NCBI RefSeq assembly: GCF_006345805.1
Contig: NC_043003.1
Span: forward strand, 55,056,001 to 55,120,000
Direction: 5' to 3'
Source: Octopus sinensis
Lineage: Eukaryota
Length of the DNA stretch: 64,000 nt
Shown: positions 1-13,874 of the stretch, in pieces
Position numbering within the stretch: the stretch's first letter is position 1
Layout: each line of letters opens with the position of its first letter
Program-made: the position numbers and the translations under genes
Notes under the pieces: generated by a model
The model's input: the letters and a program-made list of their open reading frames with translations, nothing else
Database searches by the model: none
What the model was told of the DNA's origin: nothing

Positions 1-130
1 AGAAGCCCGCAGTGTATAAACACATACACACACACACGTGTGTGTGTGAATGTTTGTGTCTGTGTTTGTGCTCTACCACTGCTAGACAACCGGTGTTAGT
101 GCGTTTATATCAGCGTAGCTTAGCGAATCT
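1..130 (+). mobile_element. 3' part of tRNA-derived SINE family A (degenerate)
   Basis: gaagcccg...(TG)n...gacaaccggtgttagtg...tagcttagcg matches the 3' half of the fuller copies at 6242, 35968 and 60919. Confidence 0.6.
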
Positions 131-184
131 ATAGAGTAAGTAGTAGTGTGTTAACGTCCATGTAACTTAGAGAATCTATAGAGC

Positions 185-392
<208 letters not shown>

Positions 393-639
393 TAAAAAGT
401 ACTGGGGTTGTTTCATTCGAGAAAAAGTTTTTGAAGGCTGTGGCCCTGCATGGCCGCTGTCAAATGGCTGAATGAAATAAAAGATAACTACACATTTACA
501 ACATTATACATCCTTAATCATAAAAATAAAACGCTAGAATGCTATATAAAAACTATATTGAACCAAACCAAATTAATCCACAACCAATCCCCACGACGGT
601 ACTTCTTTACCATTCTGTACAACAATACCACAAATTTTT

Positions 640-1232
640 CTACTCTTTTCCAATCTAGGCACGAACCCGAAATTTGTGGGGAGGGGGCCAGTTGATTAGA
701 TCGACCCCAGTACGCAACTAGTACTTAATTTATCGACCCCGAAAGGATGAAAGACAAAGTCGTCCTCGGTGGAATTTGAACTCAGAACGTAAAGGCAGAC
801 GAAATACATATTTCTTTACTACCCACAAGGGGCTAAACAAAGTGGAGACAAACAAGGACAGACAAACAGATTAAGTCGATTACATCGACCCTACTGCGTA
901 ACTGGTACTTATTTAATCGACCCCGAAAGGATGAAAGGCAAAGTCGACCTCGGCGGAATTTGAACTCAGAACGTAGCGGCAGATGAAATACCTATTTCTA
1001 TTTCTTTACTACCCACAAGGAGCTAAACACAGAGAGGACAAACAAGGACAGACTAACGGATTAAGTCGACTATATCCACCCCAGTGTGTAACTGGTACTT
1101 ATTTAATCGACCCTGAAAGGATGAAAGGCAAAGTCGACCTCGGTGGAATTTGAACTCAGAACGTAACGGCAGACGAAATACCGCTAAGCATTTCGCCCGG
1201 GGTGCTAACGTTTCTGCCAGATCGCCACCTTC
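640..1232 (-). mobile_element. tRNA-derived SINE family B with an internal ~185-190-bp unit in three tandem copies
   Basis: Head aaggtggcgatctggcagaaacgttagc at 1232; B-box-like gagttcaaattcc; gtcgactttgcctttcatcctttcggggtcgat repeated three times (gaaatac anchors at 801, 985, 1175). The central domain resembles the Meta-SINE domain (from memory). Confidence 0.85.
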
Positions 1233-2576
1233 CATAAACCACAAGTACACCACACTGCAACCATAGCATACAGAAAATATACGACGTTGTACAACATCAC
1301 ACTTCACCAGAACTACGCAACCTCTTCAACTACACAAATCAGTTACATCACATTACAAATTATAACACTTAATACAGCACACAAGCACAGCGGAACTCTA
1401 TAACACTACAGTCAGATACATTTTACGAGCCCATTACATCAAACGACTCCAAAAATCTTCTCACAGCTATAACTAAAGTAGACTACACTTCGACCAAATA
1501 TATAGCTGCACCAAACTATATATTAAGCCAAAACACAAAACAACCACATCGTAACATGAAACTAACAATACAACCAATTCCGAACTTACATCATCACATC
1601 CCACCAATTATACGCCACATCTACAGGACACTTTCCTCTCTCCTCTATGCTACCGCACTACCCCTTTCTTACCTCTATTCTCAACGTCTACTCCACCTCA
1701 TCTCAACAAATCCTCCGGACCCTCCGCGTATCATGACTTCTTCTTTGCTTATTTTTTGTCCCCTCTCTTTTTCCAGCCAATCTTCGTTTTGTTCTCTGCC
1801 TCTTTTTTTACGCTTGTTGTCTTCTTCCGTGTCATTTCTCTTCGTCTTTCCTGCTTCTGGTTTTCCCTGCTTTTTTGTTACTCCTTTTTTTTATTCTGAT
1901 TCTGTACCCTTTCAATTTTTTTATGCCTCATTTCAGATTTAACTGCATCTCTTCACAGCTACATCTCAGCTGATGCCTCTCCTCTCTCCTACTACTCTCC
2001 CTCGTCTCTACTCCTTCGTTGCTTCTGATCATCTGTTGTCTAAATCTTGTCTACTTCTTCGATGTTTCTTCTATGCTTGTTCTTTGCTTCTCATCTCATT
2101 CAATGATTTTTCATTCCATCTTCTGTACTTCTTTAGAACCATTTGACTACCATTTCTCAACTATTGTTTCCCGCTCTTTCTACCCTACTTTTAAGCTATT
2201 CTCTGTTCCTCTTCAATCTACTCGTGTCCCTAGGTCGTTGATATCAATTAAATAATTTTTGAAGTTTGAAGTGATGAAGGCCTCTCTGACATGTTCTAAA
2301 ATTCTCGCTTATGCTCTAGCAACAAGTGTAGATGTTGTTTTTTTTCCGTAAGAGATTAAACTGACCAAAAGGATTAACGCGTTGTAATCCGAATTGTCTT
2401 AACTTAGCCAAACAACTGATTCAACAAGAACGGATTATACAACTCTCCAAAACGTTGTTTTCCAGGCGCTATTACTGTCAACAGCAATATTAATGACGTC
2501 AGCATTAAGGGAGCCGTCAGTAGCAACGATAGGAAAAGCAAAAACTAAAGAAATAAGAGCAGCAACTACAACAGAA

Positions 2577-2577
<1 letters not shown>

Positions 2578-2641
<64 letters not shown>
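2578..2641. repeat. (CTA)n microsatellite
   Basis: Direct reading. Confidence 0.98.
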
Positions 2642-2756
2642 CAACGACTATAATAATATAATAATGGCTTCAAATGTTGGCACAAGTCCAGCAATTTCGA
2701 TGAAGGAGATACATCGAGCTCAAGTACTCAGCTGATACTTTTCATCGACCCTGTCT

Positions 2757-2848
2757 GAAGTCTGCACCTTTCTCATATGTCTTTCTGTTAGTTTGAACTG
2801 TGAAGTTCCAGAGGAGTGAGATGTAGTCCTTTTCAAGTACTGGAGTTG
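2757..2848 (-). mobile_element. R4/Dong-type LINE fragment (region upstream of the RLE motif)
   Basis: Minus strand translates PVLEKDYISLLWNFTVQTNRK, similar to the 'PVLEN..I.LLWDF.IQTDR' motif of RLE LINEs. Confidence 0.55.
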
Positions 2849-3075
2849 GTTTCTGTTCCCACAGATTTGCTTGTCAGTTGTTTGACCTTAACCAGTTTGA
2901 CCTTAACCAGTCGATTAAATAAGTACCAGTTACACACTGGGGTCGATATAATTATAAGAAATAATAATATTATTATTATTATTATCATTATCACTGGGGT
3001 CGATATATTATTATCATTATCACTGGGGTCGATATATTATAAGAAATAATAATATTATTATTATTATTATCATTA

Positions 3076-3552
3076 CTTTTTTTTTCTTCTTTCAAATTTG
3101 CTTCCATTTCTTGCCGAGTGTCTTCCCGACTCCTAGGGCAAAGAAACTCATAGTATACATTGGTAGGCCATTAAACCAAACTCAATAGTTTGTTCATTTT
3201 TTTTTTTTTTAAGTTAAATTAAAATACATGAGCAGCAACAGTTCTCACATCGACAATGCTCTTCTCAATACGTGTGATGTACCAGTTAAGACAATCTTTT
3301 GCACTTCTTGCAGGGATGGTAAGCCAGGGATCATTCTCATATAATTTTCGGTTCCCTTCTTGATCATTCCTAGTGCTTCTACGATCACTGGTATTGTAAC
3401 CGCCTTGAGATGCCACATTTTCTCAATTTTAATGAGTAGGTCTTTATATTTTCTGAGCTTGTCAAACTCTTTCGCTGAGATATTATGGTCACAGGGGATG
3501 CTCATGTCGATCAATAAGCAAACTTTATTGTTTTGGTCTTTCACAACAACAA
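3076..3552 (-). mobile_element. 5'-truncated R4/Dong-type non-LTR retrotransposon (restriction-like endonuclease C-terminus + 3' UTR)
   Basis: ORF 3245-3544 KDQNNKVCLLIDMSIP...EFDKLRKYKDL...IPVIVEALG...VLTGTSHVLRRALSM; the 3' end runs into (AAT)n on the sense strand. Confidence 0.9.
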
Positions 3553-3575
3553 TAATAATAATAATAATAATAATG

Positions 3576-3640
<65 letters not shown>

Positions 3641-3644
<4 letters not shown>

Positions 3645-3976
3645 TAGCGAAAGGGACTGATTGCTACCTAACTCAGATACCAGGAAACCCCAAAATGGCA
3701 GAAATTCAAAAGATAGTGCTCATGAGAACTGCTCATATCCTACGCAAAATACTCTCTATGTAATCCCAAGGTTTAAAACAAACTTTTTTTATTTTTTATT
3801 TTTTATTTTTTGTTTGTTTATTTTTTATTTTTATGTATTAGACATTCACTAGTACAACACCAAAAAAAAAAAAAAACCAAATATATGGCACAGAACTTCT
3901 AACCTGTTGTCTCTTGAGGTCTCTGGGTGAGACTTGGAGCCAACTTGTACAGTCATAAAGCAAAAGTCAAACATAG
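3641..3976 (+). mobile_element. 5'-truncated R4/Dong-type LINE 3' end, flanked by (AAT)n
   Basis: KGTDCYLTQIPGNPKMAEIQKIVLMRTAHILRKILSM*, then 3' UTR ending ...aaacatag(aat)n; (AAT)n also upstream. Confidence 0.85.
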
Positions 3977-4587
3977 AATAATAATAATAATAATGATGAT
4001 GATAATAATAATTTGATAGTGAAACTGCAGCAGTCATCTCACCTGTGCCTTTCATTCGGAATCCATAAAAGGAATTGCCAGTTCAGTAAAATGGTTGAAA
4101 TAATGTTGATGGGATGAGAGTTGCTGCTTCATATTAATTGTCCTAGTTCTTTGCGCTCTGAATTTTATGGTGGTAGATTTAACCATGCACCTAGTTTAAT
4201 ATGTTGACTTGGTTATTTTGTTGACAGCATTTAAGTCAGACATTCAGTTTGAAGACAGCTTCAGCCTTTCTATACTTTAGTCCCAGTTGCCCTGAAGAAT
4301 TGTAGACTCGTGGTGGACGATACTCTACTCTCTCTGACCAAGGGTTAAGAAGATAATTATACACTAGCCAAAGCGCGCAAGTAGCAACCAAACCTACTGT
4401 CATGTAGAAAATATTAACTCACTTCTTACTGTATTCGTAGATATAATATCTCAGAAAACAGCATGGGAGAGACACGGCGAGAAAATATTTAAATACGTGT
4501 CCAGTCAATAAAGGTTAATGGAGCTAATGTGTTATAAAAGATTTCAAAAAATTCCTTAGAGACTCTTGCTATCGCAATATATACATA

Positions 4588-4661
<74 letters not shown>

Positions 4662-5239
4662 TATATCACACATTATGTATTATATACTATATATATGTGT
4701 ACAGAATGCCAGGAGTTCAAATTTCTTACGTTGTAAGCTACATAATTAGTTCATAGCTTAATATATTCATTAGGAGTCTTACTTTAAAAGACTTACAATT
4801 CTCAGGTACCAAGTAGCTCTCAAATCGCAGATGCGAATTGTACTGAGTTCCATTGGGAAGGGAAGGCAAATAACAAAACAATTTCCCACAAATAACTATC
4901 TAGCGATATGAAGAACCAGTAGCCGTTGAATTATATACACTTGGTACTCGAAAAAATATTCAATGGTCGCTGAGGGGATGGTTGTGAGTAAAGTTATACA
5001 GGTGAAATTAAATAATAGCGACAACACCAACGTATTTTATCCACCAACTGGAGAAATGAAAGGTAAACATTTTATCAACAAGAATTGCATTAATAACATC
5101 TGAATATCATGCATGTAATTTAATGCCGAGCTCGTCAAATTTTAAGCAAGTCACACATCAAAATTTGCTTCGGAAGACCAGTAATTTTAGTGAGAAATTG
5201 TTAATCAATTGCATCGACACCAATGCGTAACTGGTAATG

Positions 5240-5286
<47 letters not shown>

Positions 5287-5539
5287 TAAAATGGATGACC
5301 TGTAAGTGGGCATCTATTATGCTAGAAGTAGATCCGCTATGGTCCTACCACTAGGAAAGGAATGTTCCCCAGAAAATTTAGCAAACTTTTGCTAAATTCT
5401 AGCATAATGGATGTCCATTTACAGGACATTCCTTTTATATCTATGTAATATAATTTTTTCTGAAACTTCAGATTTTTGAATATGCTAGACCACTGGTTTT
5501 AAATTGATATTAATCAAATTAATATTCAATTTTTCACCC

Positions 5540-6241
<702 letters not shown>

Positions 6242-6640
6242 GGCGCAGGAGTGGCTGTGTGGTAAGTAGCTTGCTAACCAACCACATGGTTCCGGGTTCA
6301 GTCCCACTGCGTAGCATCTTGGCCAAGTGTCTTCTGCTATAGCCCCGAGCCGACCAATGCCTTGTGAGTGGATTTGGTTGACGGAAACTGTGAGAGGCAT
6401 GTCTTATATATTTATATATATGTGTGTGTGTGTGTGTGTGAGTGTGTGTGTATGTGTTTGTGTGTCTGTGTTTGTCCCCCTAACATTGCATGACAACCGA
6501 TGCTGATGTGTTTACGTCCCCGTCACTTAGCGGTTCGACAAGAGAGACCGATAGAATGAGTACTGGGCTTAAAGAATAAGTCTTGCTCGACTAAAGGAGG
6601 TGCTCCAGCATCACCGCAGCCAAATGACTGGCACAAGTAA
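6242..6640 (+). mobile_element. tRNA-derived SINE family A (CORE-like), full length
   Basis: A box TGGCTGTGTGG, B box GGTTCAGTCCC, CORE-like cttggccaagtgtctt, internal (TA)(TG) tract, conserved 3' tail. Confidence 0.9.
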
Positions 6641-6674
6641 TATATATATACACACACACATATATATGGAAACA

Positions 6675-6790
6675 ATGAAAGGCAAGTAGACCTCCACAGA
6701 ATTTGAACACAGAACACGTAAAATTTCGAAAGACAGATACCGCTATGCATTCTGTACCCAATCCACTGACGATTCTACCAACTCGCCTCG
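6675..6790 (-). mobile_element. Degenerate SINE family B
   Basis: atgaaaggcaagtagacctccacagaatttgaacacagaac resembles 640-1232. Confidence 0.6.
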
Positions 6791-6799
6791 TTATTTCAT

Positions 6800-6950
6800 G
6801 AATAAAAACTCACAAGGAAACATTAGGAAAATCCCCACAACCACCATAACCATTGCCAAAGCCACCAACAGGATCCTCTTATTGTACCTTCTCCTTATCA
6901 GGATCCTCCTCCTCGTCCTCTTCGTCGTCGTCGTCGTCCTCCTCCTCCTC

Positions 6951-7010
<60 letters not shown>

Positions 7011-9260
7011 GTCATCATCACCAGACAGAAAACACAGCTTGAGGTGTTTCAGAACTACCACTATCTAACAACTACTACTACCACTACAACCAATACCAAA
7101 ACTTTCTTAAATCAACAGAAACAGCAATAACAACATTAATAATAATTCGGTATTAACACAACTAATAACGACCACCACCACGACCACCACTGCAAAAATT
7201 ATAAGAAATTCTTGGCAACCATCATCACTACCCCCGCTATTTCCGACAGCAGAATTCCAGCCACCCCCCACACACACACACGACCGCCACTAACAGCACT
7301 ACACAAAAATATTCACCATCACCATCACCATCACCATCATCATGGATATCAGCCTTACAAGCACCACACGAACAGCAATAACAGCAAGAACAACAAAAAC
7401 AACATGAACGACAGGAAAGAAAAAAAACTACATTAGCAACACCACCATCCAGGAAAACAGATTTTGCACCATACCCACTACCTACAACAATAACAACTAA
7501 AACAATAACACCGACAACAACGCTGACAACAACAACAAACTTTAAATGGATTTCCTTATAGACAGGATAATCTTCAAAAAAAGATTATACCAAATAGTTG
7601 CAGCCATCGTTGTAGACATGTAGTGGTGTTGGTATCGATGGTCGGGGTGCTGACAGCAGCGGCGGTGGCGATGGTGGTGGTAACGGTGGAGCTGGTTGAG
7701 GTTGTGGTGGCGGTTGTGGAGATGGTGGAGATATTGTTGGTGGTGTTGGGGATGCCGGTTGTGGTTGTGGTATTTGTGTGGTGTTGGTGAGGCCGGTTGT
7801 GATTGCGGTGGCGTTTGTGAGGCCGGTTGTGGTTGTGGTGGTAGTAGTTATGGTGGTGCCGGTGATGTCGGTTGTGGTGGTGGTAGTTGTGGTTGGTGAT
7901 ACTGATTGCGGTTGTGGTAGTGTTGGTGATGCTGGTTATGGTCTTCTTCTTCTTCTTCTTCTTCTTCTTGACATCAGGACTCATGCCATTAGCCACAAAG
8001 AATGATCTCTAATTCGAGCCCACTCTAAGCTACTAGGAGTGCATGTGGCACCTTGAAGATCCACCCACCCACCACACCCGATAGACTGGCTGTTGCACGG
8101 GCGTGAAAAAACTACGTTGTTATCTTCATTCCGTAAGCAGTGGCTTTTAACGGGTGGAGAGCTGAACCAACCTGAGTTACAGAGGATTCGAAATCTAGGC
8201 TAGGGTCTGAAAGTTTACCACACCATAGTGGGTTACACCATGGTTCCTCTACTTTGTGGCAGAAGTAGGAAGAAAGAGTGAGAGAAAGTTGTGGTGAACG
8301 AGTACAGCGGGGTTCACACACATCCACCCCCGCTGGAGCTTCGAGGAGCTTAGGTGGTTTTGCTCAATAAACACTCACAGTGCCCGATCTGGCAATCGAA
8401 ACCGCTTTCTTACGACCGCGAGTGCGCTGGCCTAACCACTGTGCCATTGCACCTCCACGTCGGTTGTGGTGGTGGTAGTTGTGGTAGTGATGGTAATGCC
8501 GGTTGTGGTTGTGGTGTTGGTAGTTGCGGTGGTGTTGGTGGTGTTGTTGTTAATACCGTTGGTTGTAATAGCATTACCGATAGTATTGGCGATGGCGTTG
8601 ACGATGGTAGTTCCGGCAAAATCGTGCTGAAAATCGTAGTAGCTGTAACAGTAGCTGTGGTAGACGCATTGTAGCAGTGGTAGTGTTGGATATGAATCCT
8701 CCTGTTAGATCTGATGGTGCATACTAATGTGATTGTAATGTTGGTTTTTCTCAGTGGTGGGGATATTGATCGGGTTGCTGATGGTGTTGAATGTGGTAGA
8801 AGACGTGGGCATGACGAACTACTGGTGGTTGTAGTACTGGTGACAGTTGAGGAGATGATGCTGTAGTGTTGGTGGTTGTCATTTATTGCGTGAGTAGTGG
8901 TGGGTATGGTCGGAGTCCTGGTAGTGATAGTGATGCTGGTAATATTAATGGTATGTAATGGTAGTGGTTTTGGTGCAGTTTTGGCAATGGTAGTAGGGTT
9001 TCTGTTGGTGGTGGTGGCGGATGTGGTGATTGTGGTGATAGTGGCGTTGGCGGTGGTGGTGTGGCGCTGTTTGTGGCGTCATTGATGGTGGTGTTATTAG
9101 TGATAACAATACATTGGAGAAGTCTAACCATAAAATGAAGTGGTGGTCATATTTGGAATGTGAAACTAACTGTAACAATCTGGATGTGCTCCTATGTGCC
9201 TCATTAGGTGGTATGTGACTTAACAGCAACAACAACACCAACGAAGATGTGATAAACAGA
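6800..9260. repeat. Degenerate trinucleotide low-complexity domain (CAC/CAA/CAT-rich, switching to GGT/TGT-rich near 7575)
   Basis: Direct reading; accounts for the His/Thr/Val/Asp-rich spurious ORFs. Confidence 0.85.
8040..8458 (-). mobile_element. tRNA-derived SINE family C
   Basis: Head gtggaggtgcaatggcacagtggttagg...tttcgattgccag; body matches 17580-17935 and 38722-39030. Confidence 0.75.
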
Positions 9261-9788
9261 AAGCAAATACGTGGTCGCCAGACACGGTATACATAACTAC
9301 CAGAACACAACTTACCTTTATAAGCAAACGAAGAACTCATTCGAGAATGCGTAAAATTAAGACGTGATAATAACTGCTGAAATGACTTTAGTCAGAACTC
9401 TACTAAATGAAGACTTGTCTACAGCTAAATTCGCATAAAAAAACAGCAGCATCGAAGAAACCACAATTACCACAATTGCACTCAAACATTTCTTTAATAT
9501 TACTTTAGAAATTTAAATAAATTGATGAATAATCCAATTTACTGATTAAGTTTAGTCTGAACATGATGTCGGAGAAACTGGGAAGGAACATTATGGTTTG
9601 AGAGATGATATTTTTTATTATTACATAGAAATATGTTATGTTTCTAACAGGTGTGTACGGAATAAGGGAACAACGTAAGCCTCTAAACTTCAAGAAATGA
9701 GCTTTGAATTTCTTCAAAAACGCATACACAGGAACTATCAAACAATAACATTTTAAAAACCTACTCAAAACTACATTACATAATAAAA

Positions 9789-10125
9789 ACAACAGCACTC
9801 AGAGAGCTCAAAACTCTGCCAAGGTAACATCAAGGTCCTCTCAACGATTAGCCAGAGATGATTTTTAAAATGAGAATATCTGAAATAAACTCGACTGCTC
9901 TCACAAGTGACAATACTAAAAACGAACTCGACCGCTCTGAAAAATTAAGTAAAAATCCGGAAAAACAATCCAGAATCTAATCATTTCGTGCAAATCACGA
10001 GGCTAAACATCCCTGAAAGTTTCATCTGAATCCATCCAGCAGTTCTTGAAATATCTTGTCTACGGTCAACCAACCAACCAAACAAACAAACACGACTGAA
10101 AACAATATCACCGCCTTCGCTATGA
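9789..10125. mobile_element. Non-autonomous Helentron/DINE-1-like element (tentative)
   Basis: Start cagcactcagagagctcaaaactctgccaagg; 3' block aagtttcatctgaatccatccagcagttcttgaaatatcttg + (CAAA)n + gaaaacaatatcaccgcc, typical of this class (from memory). Confidence 0.45.
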
Positions 10126-11437
10126 TATGGAGTTCAATAAATAAATGAGGTGAGAAATTTCGGGGAAGGAAAAGTCGAAAAAATCCACTGTTGATGGAAA
10201 AAGAGACAAAGGTGAACTTGCTGTGATTTTAAATTCAGAGCATAAAAAAAAAAAAACCGAAAAAATACCGCAAGGCATTTTTCGATACAGCGCATCTGTT
10301 AGACAATAAGGATATTAACATTCCAAAAAGTATATTTTTATCTCGTTTGCCATCTATATGAAGAAACGGATCACCCTATACCTTACTAAAATATATTTTG
10401 CAAGCATGAAAATGTATCTTAACACATTACACTCCACGTTTATGAAACCAATATATTTTATATGCTCATATGCACACACGTTTAAGTAATAATAATTCAG
10501 GAGTTGTTTTTACTACATCAAAAAAGAACACCGAATATATCTCATATTATCCTATAAAATTAGACGAAAGGTAACAATACAGCATAGGTTTTATGACTTA
10601 GGTAACCTCAAGCATTCGGTATATAAATGCTGCAAATGACATTAGGAGACGCCAGTGCACCAGAAATGTAGGCTTTCAAGATAAAAAAAAACCAACAAAA
10701 TAAACAACATCAAGTACGTTTATATAATAAACACTCAAACTTATTTATATAATATTATGTAGGTATATATATATCTGTGTGTGTGTGTGTGTGTGGTGTT
10801 TTTGATGTGGTGTATGTGTATCTGTGTATACGTGTGTGTGCGCGTGCGTGCGTGTGTGTACGTATGTATATACGTATATATGCATATATATATATATATA
10901 TGTATACATATATATATAAGCGTTCTTAATATCTTCTCTCCATTTGGCTTAACAGCCCTCAATATCTGTGTTATTGTTGTTCTCCTTGTCCTGTCTTTTT
11001 ACTGTTTATATCTGGTACCGTCTTTACTGTCCTGCTTTTGTTACCATTTTTACCCCTCCGCAAAAAATATCAAATTTTAATTTATTTGCCTTTTGCGGGA
11101 AGGAATGTTTCAATGAAGTCGTGTCTCGCCTTTACCTTCGAAACGCGGAGTAGATGAAACGGAGGTGACTGAAGAAGGGGAATATTCCTTGTGTTGTATG
11201 CCCTGTACTCTATTTTTTTGTTGTTTAAGAAAAATCTCCATTTCCTTGGTTTTGTATTTATGATTTCGCTTCTCATTGTGTTCGACTTATTTTTTGTGTC
11301 ATGTACCCATATATGCATGTATATATACATATAGATGAAGGTACGTACATATATGTATGTATTTATGCATATGTTTTATTTATTAATTTGTTATTATATG
11401 ACGGAACGCACGCATCGATTTCTAAGTAAGTTTTTTC

Positions 11438-11500
<63 letters not shown>

Positions 11501-11749
11501 ACTTGGGCAAGTGTCTTCTGCTAAAGCCTCGCGCTGACCAAAGCATCTCTGTCTATCCATTAATCGATCTATATTCATAGTTCTGGATCCTCCCCCTAAA
11601 AGACAAAAAGCAAAAACAATGAAATCGCTTCTTAACAAAACAAATGACACTGATTTATATAATAAGCAAACTGTTTGCACATTCACAATTTTATTTTACT
11701 AGTTCGAAGACGAACGAAAGCGCTAATGATAATGACTAAATAAAAAAAT

Positions 11750-12250
11750 ATTAATAAATCTCCGAACGAGATGTAAACAGTAACCGCTCGACAACGTAAA
11801 GTGTACTAGCCATCTCAATGTGGCTAGCCACTGGCGGTAGGTGTTACTGAAGCTTTTAGCCCCAGGAGATCATCGTCTCCAGCTGGCTTTAGACACACTT
11901 TCTGTGCTCTTCTGATATTCGCAAAGGGAGGTCATCCCCTCTCGAAAACCTAAGTGATACGTACGGACTATAGTTTCGAGGTTTTTGCCTCTCGTCAACG
12001 TACGGTAATCACCGGTTTTCGATTGGAGAGACCTGTTTGCGAATATCTGTTTAATGTTTTTCCCAGCAACTACTGTTACTGATTTAGAAAAACTGTCTCC
12101 TGGGGCTAAAAGCTTCAGTAACACCCACCCCCAATGGCTAGTACACTTTACGTTGTCGAGCGGTTACTGTTTACATCTCGTTCGGAGATTTATTAATGCT
12201 TTCAGACAGTTTTTCTAAATCAGTAACAGTGGTTGCTGGGAAAAACATTA
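11750..12250. repeat. Nested inverted repeats A..B A' B'
   Basis: A 11750-11869 vs A' 12096-12197; B 12052-12098 vs B' 12204-12250. Confidence 0.95.
11960..12004 (-). ncRNA. Minimal type I hammerhead ribozyme, U3.G8 variant
   Basis: CGUACG-UUGACGA-GAGG caaaaa CCUC-GAAA-CUAUAG-UC-CGUACG: 6-bp stem I, 4-bp stem II, palindromic stem III ACUAUAGU, GUC site. Confidence 0.8.
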
Positions 12251-12714
12251 TTTTTCGAAAATTCTGGCCATCTCCTCTTTTCTCGATATTCAATATCTGT
12301 ACACCACTTCTAACATTCTACACATACATATAATATAATAATGTAATTTCTATGTGTCAGTGTGTCACACTTCGATCCCCTCTCGCATTATTCTTGACGC
12401 TTCTACTATTGCTCATAATGGGGTGAGAATAATAGTAGGCATAGGGACGTCAGGGTAGTGGCGAAGACAGAGAGAGAGAGAGAGAGATGGGGGATAGAGA
12501 AAGAATGAGAGGAGGAAATAGAGGAAGAAAGAGATGGAGGAAAGCGAAGAGAGGGAGAGAAAGAAATTCAGGGAGGGTTGTTGATGTTTTTATTAACAGT
12601 AGTAGTGTTAAAAGTAGGAGTGAGAGTAGTAAGAGATAGATAGATAGAGAGACAAAGAGTGGGTTTAAATAAAAATTCCAAATTGAAAAGAAATTCCCCC
12701 TCCCTCTCACTACC

Positions 12715-12725
12715 TATCTATCTGC

Positions 12726-12815
<90 letters not shown>

Positions 12816-12862
12816 GTCTGTCTATCTATCTATCTATCTACCTATCTGTCTATCTATCTATC
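12715..12862. repeat. (TATC)n / (TGTC)n microsatellite
   Basis: Direct reading. Confidence 0.97.
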
Positions 12863-13562
12863 TGAACACTGAACCAATATACTGAATTATCACACTGAAC
12901 AATGGTAATGGGGTGATAGTAGTTGTATGAGCTGTAGCTGTGTTAGAGGTGAAGGTGGCGGTGATGATGGTGGTGGTGGTGAAGCGTCGAGGCGGACAAG
13001 GATTACGGTGAGAGTAAGTAATTTGAAAGACAGTGGTGTTGTTGGTAGTGGTAGAGGGGCAGGGGGGGAAGTCAAAGCTATTGATGGTGGTGTCGTCAGA
13101 AGTCTGAATGTTGTGTGTATGTGGTGGCAATGGTGGTGGTACCGTTTATCATGCAGCTTTGCAATAAGTTCCAACTCGACTGTTGGAGCCCAAATCTTTA
13201 TGAAGAGCCCTCCACAGGAGCTAGCTTAAAAGCAGCGCGATAGGGCGGCTTTTATGCTAGTGCATGCATAGATAACACAAATATATTATTCTTTAAAAAT
13301 AATATTGCAGGCTTTGCCTTCGAAGTCACAGTCAGCCAAGCCATCGCCTGACTACGACACATTAGAATTAGTCTTGTCTTTATAAAGTCTCTGTTGAATT
13401 AAAATCATTTTTGCGTGCGTGAGTTTGAGTGGGGGTGTTAATTATGTTTTTTTTTATATTTGATTGTTATGGAAAAATGTTTGGAATCTATTTTATTGGT
13501 TAAATTTGGAGTTACGTTAGTGTTTCGAATTTATTCATGCACATAAAAAAATTAAAATTAAT

Positions 13563-13874
13563 GCGCCCTTTTAAAGCCTAGCCAGGCTCATGGGCCTGGT
13601 TTCTATGGCTTATCTGTTCCCCAGCTGGACGGGATGCCAGTCCATCGCACCATTCTAGGTGGCTGGAAAGTAAGCTTCTTGCCACACAGCAGCACCTGCG
13701 CTTATACATACAAGTATACAAACACACTAACATTTTTGCCAGCTGAGTGGACTTGAGCAACGTGAAATGAAGTGTTTTTCTGAAGAACACAACGCGTCGC
13801 GCTGTCCAGGAATCGAAACCACAATCTTACGATCATGGTGCTGACACCCTAACCACTAAGCCACGCGTCTCCAC
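13563..13874 (-). mobile_element. tRNA-derived SINE with CORE-like and V-domain-like blocks, carrying a foreign 77-bp insert
   Basis: Head gtggagacgcgtggcttagtggttagg...tttcgattcctgg; gcgatggactggcatcccgtccag; tail catgagcctggctaggctttaaaagggcg. Confidence 0.85.

Noticed and set aside
1232-2230. Strand-asymmetric A/C-rich then C/T-rich region with 128-aa ORF
   Set aside because: Low-complexity composition explains the ORF; no domain motifs
9316-9376. Possible 61-nt minus-strand exon with AAG|GTAAGT donor and one open frame
   Set aside because: Weak acceptor, no recognisable peptide; expected by chance in 64 kb
11090-11200. GAAA...TAG...CTGAAGA arrangement here, with similar ones at ~24420-24500 (-) and ~60735-60790 (+), suggesting a type II hammerhead
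   Set aside because: The three regions look related and are probably PLE-type ends, but stems I and III cannot be paired consistently; not callable without an alignment
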